Assembly (NCBI RefSeq): GCF_006345805.1
Contig: NC_043004.1
Span: 52,762,001 to 52,826,000, forward strand
Length of the DNA stretch: 64,000 bases
Direction of reading: 5' to 3'
Origin: Octopus sinensis
Lineage: Eukaryota
The notes beneath the pieces are model-generated. The model searched no databases, had not been told where the DNA came from, and saw nothing but the letters and a program-made list of their open reading frames with translations. Of this stretch, positions 1 to 12,890 are shown piece after piece (the stretch's first letter is position 1; every line of letters starts with the position of its first letter). The position numbers were made by a program, and so were the translations under genes.

Positions 1-429
1 AAATACACGTTCGCTTTACTAAACATATACTGGGGCTAAGCCTGAAGAGTCTGAGTGCCGGAGTCGCCACAATCTTGACTGTAATCTTATTGCATTATCA
101 AAGTTTAACTTATGATTACATTATATTTGATATCTCTTATTACTTTTCTGCAATGTTTAAAGTATTTTTTCTGATTACTTTATATTTAGCCATTTTATTA
201 TAATTTGACCTTATAGTTATGCACATTTTAATTCCATATCAGAACAGTTGCTTAAAGTTTCTTACTTTCTGTCTTGTTTTACATTTTTTCTACTATAAAT
301 AATCGCGTTATATCTAAACCATGCAAATGTTATCACTTGTCACCTAAGAACGCGAAAGCACAGACCTTTAATACAAATCCGGTCAAATCAGCTAACGGAA
401 TTTGTATATCTGCTCATAATGTGCGTGTG

Positions 430-845
430 TGGCTATATGCAACCGTGTAGGTATATACGCGTGTATATGTGTATGGTTGTGTGTTTCCATATATACATAT
501 ATACAACCCCAAATTATTATTATTATATATATGTACACATATATACGTATATATATGTGTGTATGTATATATATATGCATACATAGATGTATATATATAT
601 ATATACATACATAAAGATACACAGATATATACGTATACCCATCTCACTCAATTTGTTTTTCTATTTATGTATCTATTCATGTATGTATGTATCACCCCCT
701 CTCTTTCACATCTTGAGTTTGTATATATACATACACACACGAGCATGTGTGTATAGATGAATATATATATGCATATATACACATATATATCTTCCTATCT
801 ATCTATCTACATATATATATACATAGATATATACATATATGTATG

Positions 846-891
<46 letters not shown>

Positions 892-1063
892 CATACATAC
901 ATATATACATACATACATATATATATATAAATTAACAGAAAGAGATTTAAAATCCAAGTCGGTGAAAGATTTATATATACATACACATATATACGTATAC
1001 ATACACATACACACATACATACATACATACATACATACATACATACATACATACATACATACA

Positions 1064-1095
<32 letters not shown>

Positions 1096-1100
1096 GAAAT
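430..1100. repeat. Compound microsatellite field (TG/TA/TACA)n
   Basis: Runs of TA, TG and a long (TACA)n at ~1015-1092; explains the low-complexity ORFs here. Similar fields recur throughout the window. Confidence 0.95.
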
Positions 1101-1892
1101 TCAATACTCATATAGAGGTAATTATATACCATCGTCAGTAATACCTGTATGATAAATAATAACTGCAAGAACTATAATAATAGCATATTTTAATGCGAAT
1201 TTGGACGAGTCTGGAAGATATAAAATAAAAGGAATTGTGAAGCTGGGAAGTAAATTGGTGAATCTGAATTCTATGAAAATATTTGTTCTTTTTTGGAAAA
1301 AATATTGCATTTAAGAAATATATGAGGAAATAATGATAGTAGTTATAATAATATGAAAAATAATAATAAAGCAAATCATGGGGATGATAGCAACGTTACT
1401 CATAAAAATATTACAGACAATCCTTGTAATAAAAATAGATGTGTATTGCTGGAGGAAGCAGGCATAGTGGTGGTACTTTTCGTCATAATAATAACTAAAG
1501 AATATAACAATTATAATGTTGGTGAAGCAGATGATGATGGAGATTATGACGAAGGTAGTAATAATAAGAATAACAACGAAACAACAACAGCAATAACACA
1601 GAGAATGAAAATTTATGATATCAATGTCTGGAAAAACGAAATACGCAACATTGATATTTCCCATTTTGTATATACCATCATAATCTATCTATCTATCTAT
1701 CTTTCTGTCTGTCTCTCTGTCTGTCGGTCTGACTGTCTCTCTGTCTAGCTATCTTTCTATATGTGTGTCTGTCTGTGTGCCTGTCTGTCTATATCTCTGT
1801 CTATTTATCTATCCATCTGTTTATCTATCTATCTGTATGTCTGATTGTCTGTCTGCCTGACTTTCTATCTGACTATCTATTTATCTCTCTAA

Positions 1893-1953
<61 letters not shown>

Positions 1954-2864
1954 GAAATATATATATGTATATAAATATATGTATATTATCTATGTATGTA
2001 TATGCATATATATAAAGATGTATATATATATATATATATATATTTATTTATATATATATATATACATGCATCAACATTTACGTATGTGTATGTGTTGTAT
2101 ATAGGTAGAGATATAGATATACATCCCTCACTGAGTTAAATCACAACACCATGAATGAAAGCGAATAAAAATAAAATATAGAATACAAAGATAATAATAA
2201 GTATTATACAGAGCTTAAGTATATAGTGTATATCTGAAAGAGACCTACAGGTAGCAATTAACGTAAATATAAGTAAAGTGAAATATACCTACTGAAGTAA
2301 GTTCGTTTAAAATACTTCTATTCATGCTTAGTCACACATGCAAAGATAACACACAGCTACACGCACACCCACCTTTTCACACACGAGCAAACACTTAAAG
2401 ACACGCACACACACAAATAATGTCTCTTTCGCTCTCTCACCGTCTATCAATATCCTATGTATATAAGCAGGCATAACCGACAACACAAATGAACGCATAC
2501 ATCTATACACACGTGTGTGCATACATCTATACACACATCTATACACACGTGTGTGCGTGCACATATTGCCAACTGTACAAAGGTTCAATGATACAACTTT
2601 TTAGAGGACATTCTATAGTTTGAATGTTTTAACGTAGTGTATTTTACCTTATTATTATAGTACTTTTCTGCGTGCACAATGGTGCAATTACCTATAACGC
2701 AACGCATATATATAAATATATACATTCACGCACACACTTACACACACACATATATATATATATTTATACGTATAGTTATGTGTGTGTATTAGCGATCAAA
2801 TTAACTGAACAAATGCAAATATGTGCGTATGTATATATATGTATATGTAATACACACGCACATG

Positions 2865-2928
<64 letters not shown>

Positions 2929-3058
2929 CTTATTAAATTAGACATGGTCTTGCTCAACTTCGATCGAAACTTATCTAAGTAATCTAAATACATGCAACCA
3001 TTTTACATATACATACATATATACACATAAATATGCATACATACACACGTACACATAT

Positions 3059-3123
<65 letters not shown>

Positions 3124-3154
3124 ATATGTATTTATGTATGTATGTGTATATATA

Positions 3155-3198
<44 letters not shown>

Positions 3199-3242
3199 AA
3201 ACAAGTAAAAAATAGAAAATGCTAAAATAATTTTATAGTGAA

Positions 3243-3290
3243 CATTTCAGTACCGGTTTCGGTCATTTTGAGACCTTTTCAACTGTAACG
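3243..3290 (-). ncRNA. Minimal type I hammerhead ribozyme (inverted copy of 5271-5318)
   Basis: Exact reverse complement of the motif at 5271-5318, inside the inverted terminal repeat. Confidence 0.75.
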
Positions 3291-3367
3291 ATTAAATAAT
3301 TAAATTTAGAAAAATTAGAAGAAAAGTTTTTTTAAAAGAATATTTCTATAGTAGTGTTCAGATTTAA

Positions 3368-4555
3368 GTGGCCCCCTCCTTTGCCAACCTAGTCATAGGA
3401 TACCTAGAGATCAGTCTGTATCGTAAGGTTCTAGAAAGATATGGCAGCCCTTTCTCCATCTACATAGAAAACAACTGGAAGAGATATCTAGATGACTGTT
3501 TCATCCTTTGGCATAAAAATATAGAAAAACTCATAGAATTCCAGAAAATTTTAAACGGACTGGACGTAAACATCCAATTCACGATGGAATATAGCCAACA
3601 AATACTCCCCTTCCTCGATATCCTCATTAAGAAAGCTAATAATATAATAGAAACAGACATATACTATAAGCCTACAGACTCTAAGCAATATCTTCCATTC
3701 AATTCATGCCACCCCAGACACACCAGGATGAATATCCCCTTCAATCTAGCAAAAAGGATATGCACTATAGTCTCTAACGCAAACACCAGAGACACACGAC
3801 TACAAGAACTAAAAGATACCCTAATCACCAGGAACTATCCACCTTCACTTATTGACAAATGCATTCAACGTGCCCTTCAACTTAACATCAAGGAACTGAG
3901 ACATCCCAAATCAAAGAAAAACTTACAACCAAAAGCCTTACCATACATCTCCACACACAACCCTCTCAATAACGAAGCCTTCGACACCATCCTCCACAAC
4001 ATACCCCTCCTAAAAAAAGACCACAGAATGAACACAATCCTCCAAACACACATGATCATTTAAAAGCAAAAGACAGCCTAGATCCATGAAAAGTCTCCTT
4101 ACACAAGCCCGAATTCACTCTTCAACACAGAAGCCAACAGTAAAAAAATGTGGAAGACCCAATTGCGGGATATGCGACTATCTAATCGAGGGTTCTGAGT
4201 TCTCCTTCAAACAGGGACAACGTTTTACAGTGAAAAGCAACTTCACATGTGCTTCGGAGAACCTAATATACTCACTACCTGCTCCGGGTGTCAAGAGCAG
4301 TACATAGGCCAAACAAAAAATGGTTTGCGTAAACGAATGGCCCTGCACAGATCCCAGATAAAAATTCCCCAAAACAGAAAAATAGCTTTTAGCCAACACA
4401 TAGATACTTGCGCCAACAAAAAAACACCAAACTTCAGAATTTTCCCCCTCTACCAATTTAGGGACGATGCAACCTCGAGACAACGAATAAGTAAAGAAAA
4501 TCTCTTTATTACAAAATACAAGCCACTTCTTAACGGGTCTACGACAAACAATTAA
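3368..4555 (+). pseudogene. Penelope-like RT (domains 5-7, thumb) - Cys linker - GIY-YIG endonuclease, two 1-bp frameshifts
   Basis: Motifs MAPSFANL, WKRYLDDCF, LPFLDI, DIYYKPTDSKQYL, SCHPRH; frameshift near 4060 restores KSKRQPRSMKSLL; CGRPNCGICDY linker; frameshift near 4275 restores NLIYSLTCSGCQEQYIGQT...LRKRMALHR; stop at 4555. Confidence 0.93.
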
Positions 4556-4679
4556 TATACCTCAACTTTAGAATAAAAGAAAAAAATATATATACACACA
4601 CAAATACTACACTCCATAGAATCCATTACTAATCAGCCCCTTCATAGCTATATTTACACCCATTCATATTCTCCCTTCT

Positions 4680-4925
4680 CTGTTTTTTTCTTCTTCTTCT
4701 TCTTCCTCTTCTTCTTCATCATCATCGTTATCATCATCATCGGCATCATCATCATCGCCACCATCATCACCACCATCTTCTCCTTCTCCTCCTTCTTCTT
4801 CTTCTTCTTCTTCTTCATCATCATCGTTATCATCATCATCGTCGTCATAATCATCACCACCATCACCATCATCGTCATCTTCTCCTTCTCCTTCTCCTTC
4901 TTCTTCTTCTTCTTCTTCTTCTCCA
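4680..4925. repeat. Compound (CTT/CAT/CAC)n tract with internal ~110-bp duplication in the Penelope 3' region
   Basis: The block ttcttcatcatcatcgttatcatcatcatcg...catcttctccttctcc occurs twice. Confidence 0.8.
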
Positions 4926-5270
4926 CCCCCTACCCCTTAAGTTTGTTACTAATGTTTTTTAGTATAACACCTACGCTAATTCTATAAACAAGCCTGTCAA
5001 TATAAATATTCTCCTGAATTGAACTGAGACTGCCAGCCGCCACTGACCATTCAAAATACGACCATCAGGGCACTCCCAGATTCTCCCACCCCCCTTTCCT
5101 CACCAGCCTTCCCTCTACTACCCTACCAAGAACTCACAACTACCTCGAACACACAAGTGCAAACAAGGGAGTCAGAGAAAGGCAGAATGCCACTTAAATC
5201 TGAACACTACTATAGAAATATTCTTTTAAAAAAACTTTTCTTCTAATTTTTCTAAATTTAATTATTTAAT

Positions 5271-5318
5271 CGTTACAGTTGAAAAGGTCTCAAAATGACC
5301 GAAACCGGTACTGAAATG
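5271..5318 (+). ncRNA. Minimal type I hammerhead ribozyme with U3:A8 core variant in the Penelope terminal repeat
   Basis: cgttacag-UUGAAAA-ggtc[tcaaaat]gacc-GAAA-ccgg-UA-ctgaaatg: stem I 7/8 paired, stem II 4 bp with G10.1:C11.1, palindromic stem III (accggt), GUA cleavage triplet (after 5310). Confidence 0.78.
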
Positions 5319-5729
5319 TTCACTATAAAATTATTTTAGCATTTTCTATTTTTTACTTGTTTTTTCATATATATCAACTCGTGTGTTCCTTTTCACCCTT
5401 ATACATATATATATATAAGCATTCTCGCGACAACGTTCTAAGTAGTGTAAACCATTGACTTGTTTACTGCGATATTGACTACGAAGTTTCTCTTAGACTG
5501 GCTTTTCAAATGGCGGAGGAAATGATTGAGGATTAGTTGCATTTTAGTGTTAGCTGGAATGAAACAAGAAACTGAAAATGAGTGGCAATATACGCTTAAA
5601 TAAATTAAAACAGAAGTGATAAAAATGTGCAATGCAGAAAAAATTGCACAAAATATGTTTAAAAAATACATCACTTTTGTTTGGGGATGTAGTTCTATGC
5701 GCAAGATAAGTACTTCATTTATATGAAGA

Positions 5730-6245
5730 CTAGCAGTATCGCCCGGCGTTGCTCGGGTTTGTAAGGGAAATAACTATATAAGCATTTTTTAGAGAGTTAC
5801 TTCCCTTATAGATGCCAATTCGGGCTTTCTTAGCCATTTCTGTTTTGGTGTCTTCAAGCCATGAAGTCGTTGTTCTAAAAGAACGCTGGTCTCCTTGACA
5901 ACGCTTTACGACGTTGATTTCCTTACACTCCCTTCCCCACAGCTTCACGAGGGAGGGAAGAAGGGGGAGAATCCAACACAGGTGCAGGTGTGACCATGGA
6001 CGCCAACTCCGCCGCCATCGACACACGAAAAATTATGCATTAAAATGGAATAAAAAATGATGTTAAATTATTTTTAAAATCGTAGACTCATCGTAGACGC
6101 GCGCTAATACCCAGACGGGCTCGATATGAATCACGACTATAAGATACCCGAATTTGGTTAAACTGCACCGCAAAATGTGGGAGTAGTTAGGAATCTAAAT
6201 CGAAAGGGACAGACACTCACACAACTACAGTTTTATATATATAGA
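5730..6245 (-). mobile_element. Non-autonomous Helitron (Lep1-like)
   Basis: On minus strand begins TC (6245) and ends CTAG (5730) between A and T; subterminal hairpin cccg-gcgttgct-cggg at ~5742-5757. Confidence 0.75.
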
Positions 6246-6489
6246 TATAGCCAATGCTATTTGGAGAGAATCGTTTCTAGCGGTGATTGTAATGCAGTTA
6301 TATCTGCCGATTATTGAATGTAATTTCACTTTTATTATTGCTGTACTCCTCAAATTTCCGATAATATTTTAATAACTTGTTGTTTTAATACTATATCTGT
6401 TATTTTAATGTTTTACTAGTTTCAGCCATTAATGTGCCGCTTGCGGAATCCCCACCCCATCCCGCCTTGAATTTTGATCCACTGAATCA

Positions 6490-6780
6490 ACCCCAGTACT
6501 TACCTTTTTTAAAGCCTGGTAATTACTTTTTTGGTATCCTTTGCTGAACCGCTGCGTTACACTGACCTAAACGCACGAAGACTAGTTTTCATTTCTTGAT
6601 AAACGACAAACAGACAGAAAGACGGGGACACATATTTGAGCACGACAGGTTTCCATCAGCCAAATCTACTCACAAAGCTTTGGTCATCCCGAGGCTATAG
6701 AAGAAAACCTTCGCACAAAGTGCTACGCTGTGGGACTGAACGCGAAACCTTATGAAGCAAATTTTTACCACACAGCCACG
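6490..6780 (-). mobile_element. Degenerate SINE, family 1 (tRNA head + CORE-like domain)
   Basis: Diverged match to the copies at 15347, 26436 and 31728 (ccaaatctactcacaaagctttggtc...gggactgaac...ccacacagccac). Confidence 0.7.
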
Positions 6781-7194
6781 AATTTAAATATACCTTTTAA
6801 TTAATTATGGAATTATTTATACGGAATAGTATTAGAGCTGTCCATACAAAACGTTATGGCTACTACTATATAATGTATATTTTCGTGAGAAAATACTCAT
6901 CCTGAATGGTAAATGTTTTGACGTAGTATGAAAATAATATTCCTTATTTGCATGAAACAAGTTTTAGAAATGCAGGTCTAGACATAGCAAAAATTCATTA
7001 TTCGACACAAAAATATAGAAACTATCCAATAGTTATTGCATAGAAGAAACAATGGTTGGATTTTAAAGATATGTTCAATTAGATGTAAGGTAATAGTAAA
7101 TGAAATTACAAAAAAAAATATTAAAATATAGAGAGATTCAATCATAGCTATGACATTGTGGAGTTACTCATATATGTTTATTATTTTGAATGAT

Positions 7195-7551
7195 AAGGCG
7201 TCGAGTTGGCAGAATCGTTTGCTGCCGGTCGAAAGGTTTAGTGGCATTTCGTTCCTTTTCACGTTCTGTGTTCAAATTCCAGAGAGGTCAACTTTGCTTT
7301 TCATCCTTTCGGGATCGATAAATAAATTCCCATAATACTGGTTTCAAATTATGTCACGAGGCTAGCAAATTCGTCGTAGGGGCAGGTCGTTTACATCGAT
7401 CCCCTTTTTTCCACTGGTACTTATTTTCAGCATTCCTGAGACAATGAAAAGCAAATTCGACCCCACCAAAATTTGATCCTAGAAAGTATTCACGGACGGA
7501 AATGCCGCCAAGTATTTTCCCGACATACTGACTCCGCCAGTTCGTTGCCTT
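7195..7551. mobile_element. Two SINE family 3 copies, tail-to-tail (+ 7195-7341; - 7342-7551)
   Basis: Head ggcg..gag(t/c)tggcagaatcgtt, B box gttcaaattcc, body tttcatcctttcggg; second copy is the diverged reverse complement. Confidence 0.75.
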
Positions 7552-7721
7552 CATTAATGATTATAATATTAATAGTAATTATATTTTTATTCTTACCATT
7601 ATATTTCTGTTCGAAAAACACATATACATACACACACATGCATATGAACTACAACCGCTACTCGCATGTACCATTATTTGTAGCTAGTTATCGAGTCACA
7701 AATTGGCATGAACACACAAAC

Positions 7722-7855
7722 ACCTACTCGACCTGTTCTACATTTAAGAGATGAGGAATTATGTACATTATTTACATTATTTACATTTGACAGATATTTA
7801 TGAGGACAAATGTCCGTCAAATGTAAATAATGTAAATGATGTACCTACTCGACCT
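7722..7855. mobile_element. 108-bp hairpin-forming insertion flanked by a 13-bp direct repeat
   Basis: acctactcgacct at 7722-7734 and 7843-7855; inverted arms 7763-7799 / 7808-7844 (37 bp, 3 mismatches). Confidence 0.7.
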
Positions 7856-8630
7856 TTCGGTCATTAACTTAGAAAACAAAATAGAGTACATCTCTCCATA
7901 CAAATTTCAATCTGTTAAGGTATAATTATAACTGGTTGTGTGAACAGGAGTGTTGTAATATAGTTCCGAAAGGGAATTTTGAAAGAAATAATTAGAAATG
8001 ATTACTTCCGGAAATAAACTAGGGTGATCCGTGGAAAATCAATTTCAGTTCCCGTGAAATTACGTTCACCTTATATATACGAAAATTAATTTTTGTTGAA
8101 CAAACTTCTTAAGAGTCTCAGAATAATTCATCAGTCAGAGAGAAAACGCTGTATTTCATCGATTTTTGCGTCCGTTCTGTTTCACCGCCATATCAAATTG
8201 TAAAAAATGGATTGCCAAAATAGTTCTTTGAGCCTGTATTTTATGTATGGATTCCTGCGGATAAAACTGGTCTAACTGCAATGTGTTTGAATTTATAACA
8301 TCGAGATGACTGTTCCTGAAGTAATGGAGATCTAATGGAAAGAAATCGAAGAACTGTAATTAGATAGCTTTTTACAAGCCGCGCATGAAGAACACAGGTG
8401 AGATATTTCGACCACCACACAGGAAAGCTGATTAAAGATGTATGTATATACGTAAATATGTGTGAGTGTGTGTACGTGTGTGACTGTCCGTTTAAAGGAG
8501 TAGTTATAGATATATAAATATATATATATGTATATATATTCATACACACGCACAAGCACACACACAAACTTTCACACTTACAAAAACACACACAAACACA
8601 CAGACACTCACACACACACACATACAGATA

Positions 8631-9791
8631 CAGAGGTTTGACAAAATAATGGAAACAACTAGCATAATAGCATCATAATTTTGAAATATCTATAAGACCG
8701 TCAAAAGCTTGTTCGTTTTCATGTTTTTAGATTTATTATTACTGTTGCTGAATATGTTTTGCTAAAATTGCTGTTTTTTTTTAAGATGTCACCAGAAAAA
8801 GGTAATTGAAATTCGTTAAAATGACAGATCTATCGGACTTTCAAAGAGATCAAATTGTTGGTGCTTGTATGGCAGGCGCTAGCAGAACGAAACAGCCAAA
8901 ATGTTTGGTGTATCGGGAAGTACTGTCTCGGACTTTTACATGAATTGTTAGAAAGGATCACAAAAGTACAGCTCCCAAAATTACTACAGAGGTCAATGAC
9001 CACCTCGAGAACCCAGATTCCACAAAAACTGATCGCCGGGAACTGCACACAGCAGGATTTCACAGAAGGCTGCAATCAGAAAACCACTACTTTCAAAAAT
9101 AAACATTGCAAAACCTACAGAACTGGTCCCTAGAGCAGTGGAAGAATGCTATTTCCTCGGACGAGTCATCCTTTACCTTATTTCCGACCACAGCCGATAC
9201 ATGTGGAGACAGCCAAAAGAAGCATTTGACCTAGACTGCATTTTTCCAACCCTTTAAACCTGGAGGAGGATCTGTGATGATCGTGGGTGGGGGGCTCTAT
9301 ATTTCGGGCATCCGCCGGCCCAATGGTTTCCTTTCATTGCAGAATTCATAGTGAAGTTTATTTAGGCATTTTACCTGATCAAATTCTTCGTCTAGTTGCG
9401 GAACTGTTTCCGAAGGGAAATGCAATCTTTCAGGATGATTATGCACTAATTTACACAGCTAAAGTTGTTACTGAATGGCACGAAGAACATTCTAGGGAAG
9501 GTGAACAGCTTATCTGGCTACCACAGTCCCCCGATCTCAATATTATTGAACATTTATGGTACATTTTAGAAAAACAAATAAGGAGTCGATATCCTCCACC
9601 ATGATCACTACAATAACTGGAGACTGTCTTAGCTGAAGAATGCACAAAAATTCCTTTGGAAACAATTCAAACTTTGGACGAGACCATAACTCGTAGAATT
9701 CAAGCTGTAATTCCTGCCAAAAGCGGTCCTACACGATATTAAAATAAATTTGTTTGAAATGTTAAGATGTTTCCATTATTTTCATCCTTGA
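8631..9791 (+). mobile_element. Decayed Tc1-type DNA transposon
   Basis: TIR core aaaataatggaaaca (left) / tgtttccattatttt (right); TA at left end; degenerate transposase inside. Confidence 0.88.
8821..9742 (+). pseudogene. Tc1 DD34E transposase pseudogene
   Basis: MTDLSDFQRDQIVGA HTH start; WKNAISSDES, FQDDYALIYT, WLPQSPDLNIIEHLW; many frameshifts and stops. Confidence 0.9.
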
Positions 9792-10607
9792 TACCTACAA
9801 ATCATTAAATTGTTTGAATCTGCTTCTTGTTGTATTTGTTGTTGTTATTGCGGTGAAAGGGCAAATGGCAGAATCGTTGAACCTCTTGTAGCGCCAGAAA
9901 ACATTACCTTGTAGCTCTTCTTTCGACTCTGTTTTGTCTTTCGCCAACATTTGAGTTCAGATTTTGCTAAAGTCAATGTTTTCTTGACACCTATTTTTAA
10001 AAGATTGATAAATTCAAGTACCATTTATGTTACACAATCGATAGAGAAACTTATTACACTCCACTCAGTTTTCTGATGTTTCTGCAATTTTACAGCTGCG
10101 ATTACAGCAGTATAAGTAGTAGTAGCAGTACAGTTGTAGGAAGAGTAGTAATGATCGTGTTAGTGACAATGCCTATATTGTTTAGGTGTTTTATTATTAT
10201 GTAAATAATTAATTTGTTTATTGGTGTACTTGTTATCATTGTTGTGTAATATAGTAGAATATATAGAAACGGATGACAAAGCAGTGTCGGTTGTTAAAGA
10301 AAACAAAAACATGTTTGGGTTCGGGTACGATGACTTACGATGGCTTGTAGAAACTACTAACATGTAAATGTGTAATATGCCAGAAATCTGCGACAGTTGT
10401 GGAATGTGCTTAGGTCAAATCACATCTGAAAGGAAATTCTCCAAGATCAACTGCTCATTCATTCCTGCAGTGTTGATCGATGTACCAGTCATCTTCTAAG
10501 GCCAATGCAATCACCTAAGATATTTCCCTAAAATTTCTTCTTTTATACCTAAATTAGAAACAATTATTATTAACGACATAGATCAATGACTAGTCTCCTT
10601 ACCAAAG

Positions 10608-10643
10608 AATTCAGGCCTTGTGTCTATAGTAGAAAGGGTTATA

Positions 10644-10705
<62 letters not shown>

Positions 10706-10743
10706 GATTAATATTAATATTATTATTATTAATATTATTATTC

Positions 10744-10829
<86 letters not shown>

Positions 10830-10830
10830 T
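10608..10830 (+). mobile_element. SINE family 3 3' end with (ATT)n tail
   Basis: ttcaggccttgtgtctatagtagaaa followed by long (ATT)n, matching the 3' end at 47680-47770. A further degenerate family 3 copy lies at ~9850-10025. Confidence 0.65.
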
Positions 10831-12418
10831 GTTATTGTTGTTGTTGATGTGTTAGTATTAGTATTAGTATTAGTAGAAGTAGCATTGGTGTTTTTGTGGT
10901 GGATGTTATTTCGGCTCCTTACGGTGTTGTTCATCCACTCATTTCATCCCTCCTGGGTCAATGTGATAAAGTACCACTGAGGTACAGAGGTCGATATGCT
11001 ATCGATTAAAACCTGCATCTCAAAATTATTGTCCTTAGGTCTAAATCAGAGAAGAATGTATTTATTATTGTTGTTGTTGCCGTTGTTGTTGCTGCTGCAA
11101 CTGATAATTTTATTTATGATGATGATGATGGCTATGACTAACCAGATTGCTGAATTTGTTACCGTAGAGTTTCTTTTATTTTTATCTTATTTTAGCTTTC
11201 TTTCCTTTTCGTGCTCCAGACTCTATGAAGTCGACCTTCCTATCTCGGGCTACAAAAAATTATGAGAAACGCATCTCGGTAATACAGAGCATAGTGAATA
11301 GAATCGACCATAATGTCAGCCTTAGAAGTTTTTGGTCTTGTGAGAAGTTTACAGATCGATATTCATATTGTTTTTGTAGCTGCTGTCGTCATCACTATTA
11401 GGGGTTATCAATATTTTTACTGTTAATCTTGTTAGCTTAATTATTTCTTTCAATGCTTATTCATGTTTATGTTCTTGTTGCGATTGCAATTGTTGTTATT
11501 GCAGGAACATTTGCTGTAATTTATTCAATTTATTCCACATAATGAAAGGCCTAATCACCTAATTAACAACCATTCATGTTTAGCTAATACCATTGCATTG
11601 GTTATATTTAAATTGAAGCCGCCATACGCAAAGATTCCTAGGGTGCTCCTCTCTAAAACGCGTATTTATACTTTCCTTTGTGGATTTTTTTGTTCATTTG
11701 CGCACGCAAACAAAAATTCTTGTGTGTGTGTGTACTTGTCCATGTGAATGCATATGGGTTCTGGCGAGTGAGTCGTAGTATATGTGTAAGGGTGTTTGCG
11801 TGCGCGTGTTTGTGCACAATACTCTGGTTCCAAAGGCGGGTATAAAGAAAATAAGTGCCACAAGATTCATTGTTAATGCACAACTCTAGATAAAAGAACC
11901 AGTACATAATCGCATACGGACTTACACACTAAGTTCATATTCGTATGTATGCCTGTGTGTATATAGATATATACGCATGTGTGTGTGTTTGTGTGTCCAT
12001 ACATATATATATGAGTGTGTGCGTGTGTGTATGCATATATATATATGCACAGATATACTATTTGAGGTTGCTATTGTCACGTGGTTTCTCAAAGTTCTTT
12101 TCTAATTCTCAGTTTTATGTAAGATAAATACTATATAAACACGTTCAAACACACACACACACACACATAACACACAAACATATATTCACACACGTACGTT
12201 CACATACTCACGCGCGTATACACATATTTGGATGGACATAAAAGTAAGCACAGGCATATATTCATACACACACACACAAATATATATATATATATATATA
12301 TATTGGTAAAAACGGTAAGATAACAAAGAAAGAGAGATATGGTGTTGTGGATTTCCACTTCGGCATCCGAAACTCAGAGTTTTATCTTGGCTATTGAATA
12401 ATTGTCACATATTATTTT

Positions 12419-12457
<39 letters not shown>

Positions 12458-12679
12458 CTACAAAATTAGAAAATGGAGAAGCATACTTAAATCAATCAAA
12501 TATCAACCATCAGATGATACTCAATCAATACTTTATTACACCATTACATAACAGTAAAGGCATTATACAAAATATATAGTAAATATAATTAGACAAGGAA
12601 ATAGAAATAGAAATATAAAATATAATATATAATTATATCATATCTGACAGATATATATATATATATATCTGTCTGACTA

Positions 12680-12890
12680 TTTTTTTTTTTTTTGTACTTG
12701 TTTCAGTCATTTGACTGCGGCCATGCTGGAGCACCGCCTTTTAGAGTACAGCAGGGATCACCACCTCCTGCTGGAGCCTCGTGGAGCTTTTTTTTTAGGT
12801 GTTTTCGCTCATTAAACACAAACAACGCCCGGTCTGGGAATCGAAACCGCGATCCTCCGACCGCAAGTCCGCTGCCCTAACCACTAGGCC
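12680..12890 (-). mobile_element. SINE family 2 head joined to the 3' tail used by family 1
   Basis: Minus strand: A box ggcctagtggttagg, B box ggtttcgattcc, then taaaggcggtgctccagcatggccgcagtcaaatgactgaaacaagta and poly(A). Confidence 0.8.

Larger units (their letters stand above)
3187..5374 (+). mobile_element. 5'-truncated Penelope-like element (Neptune-type), with inverted copy of its 3' terminal repeat at the 5' end
   Basis: RT C-terminus plus GIY-YIG endonuclease on +; 186-bp segment 3187-3372 is the reverse complement of 5189-5374; TA-rich flanks. Confidence 0.92.

Noticed and set aside
35-100. CUGAAGAG motif with a gtc/gac stem
   Set aside because: Followed by tGTAA rather than GAAA, and no stem III/stem I partner found.
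10260-10490. Cys-rich reading frame (KQCRLL...CKCVICQK...C)
   Set aside because: Interrupted by stops and no family motif I can name.
12305-12410. 3' half of a hammerhead-like motif (catcCGAAA-ctc-a-gag-UU) between TA tracts
   Set aside because: No CUGANGA-type core upstream; at most a truncated Penelope terminal-repeat relic.
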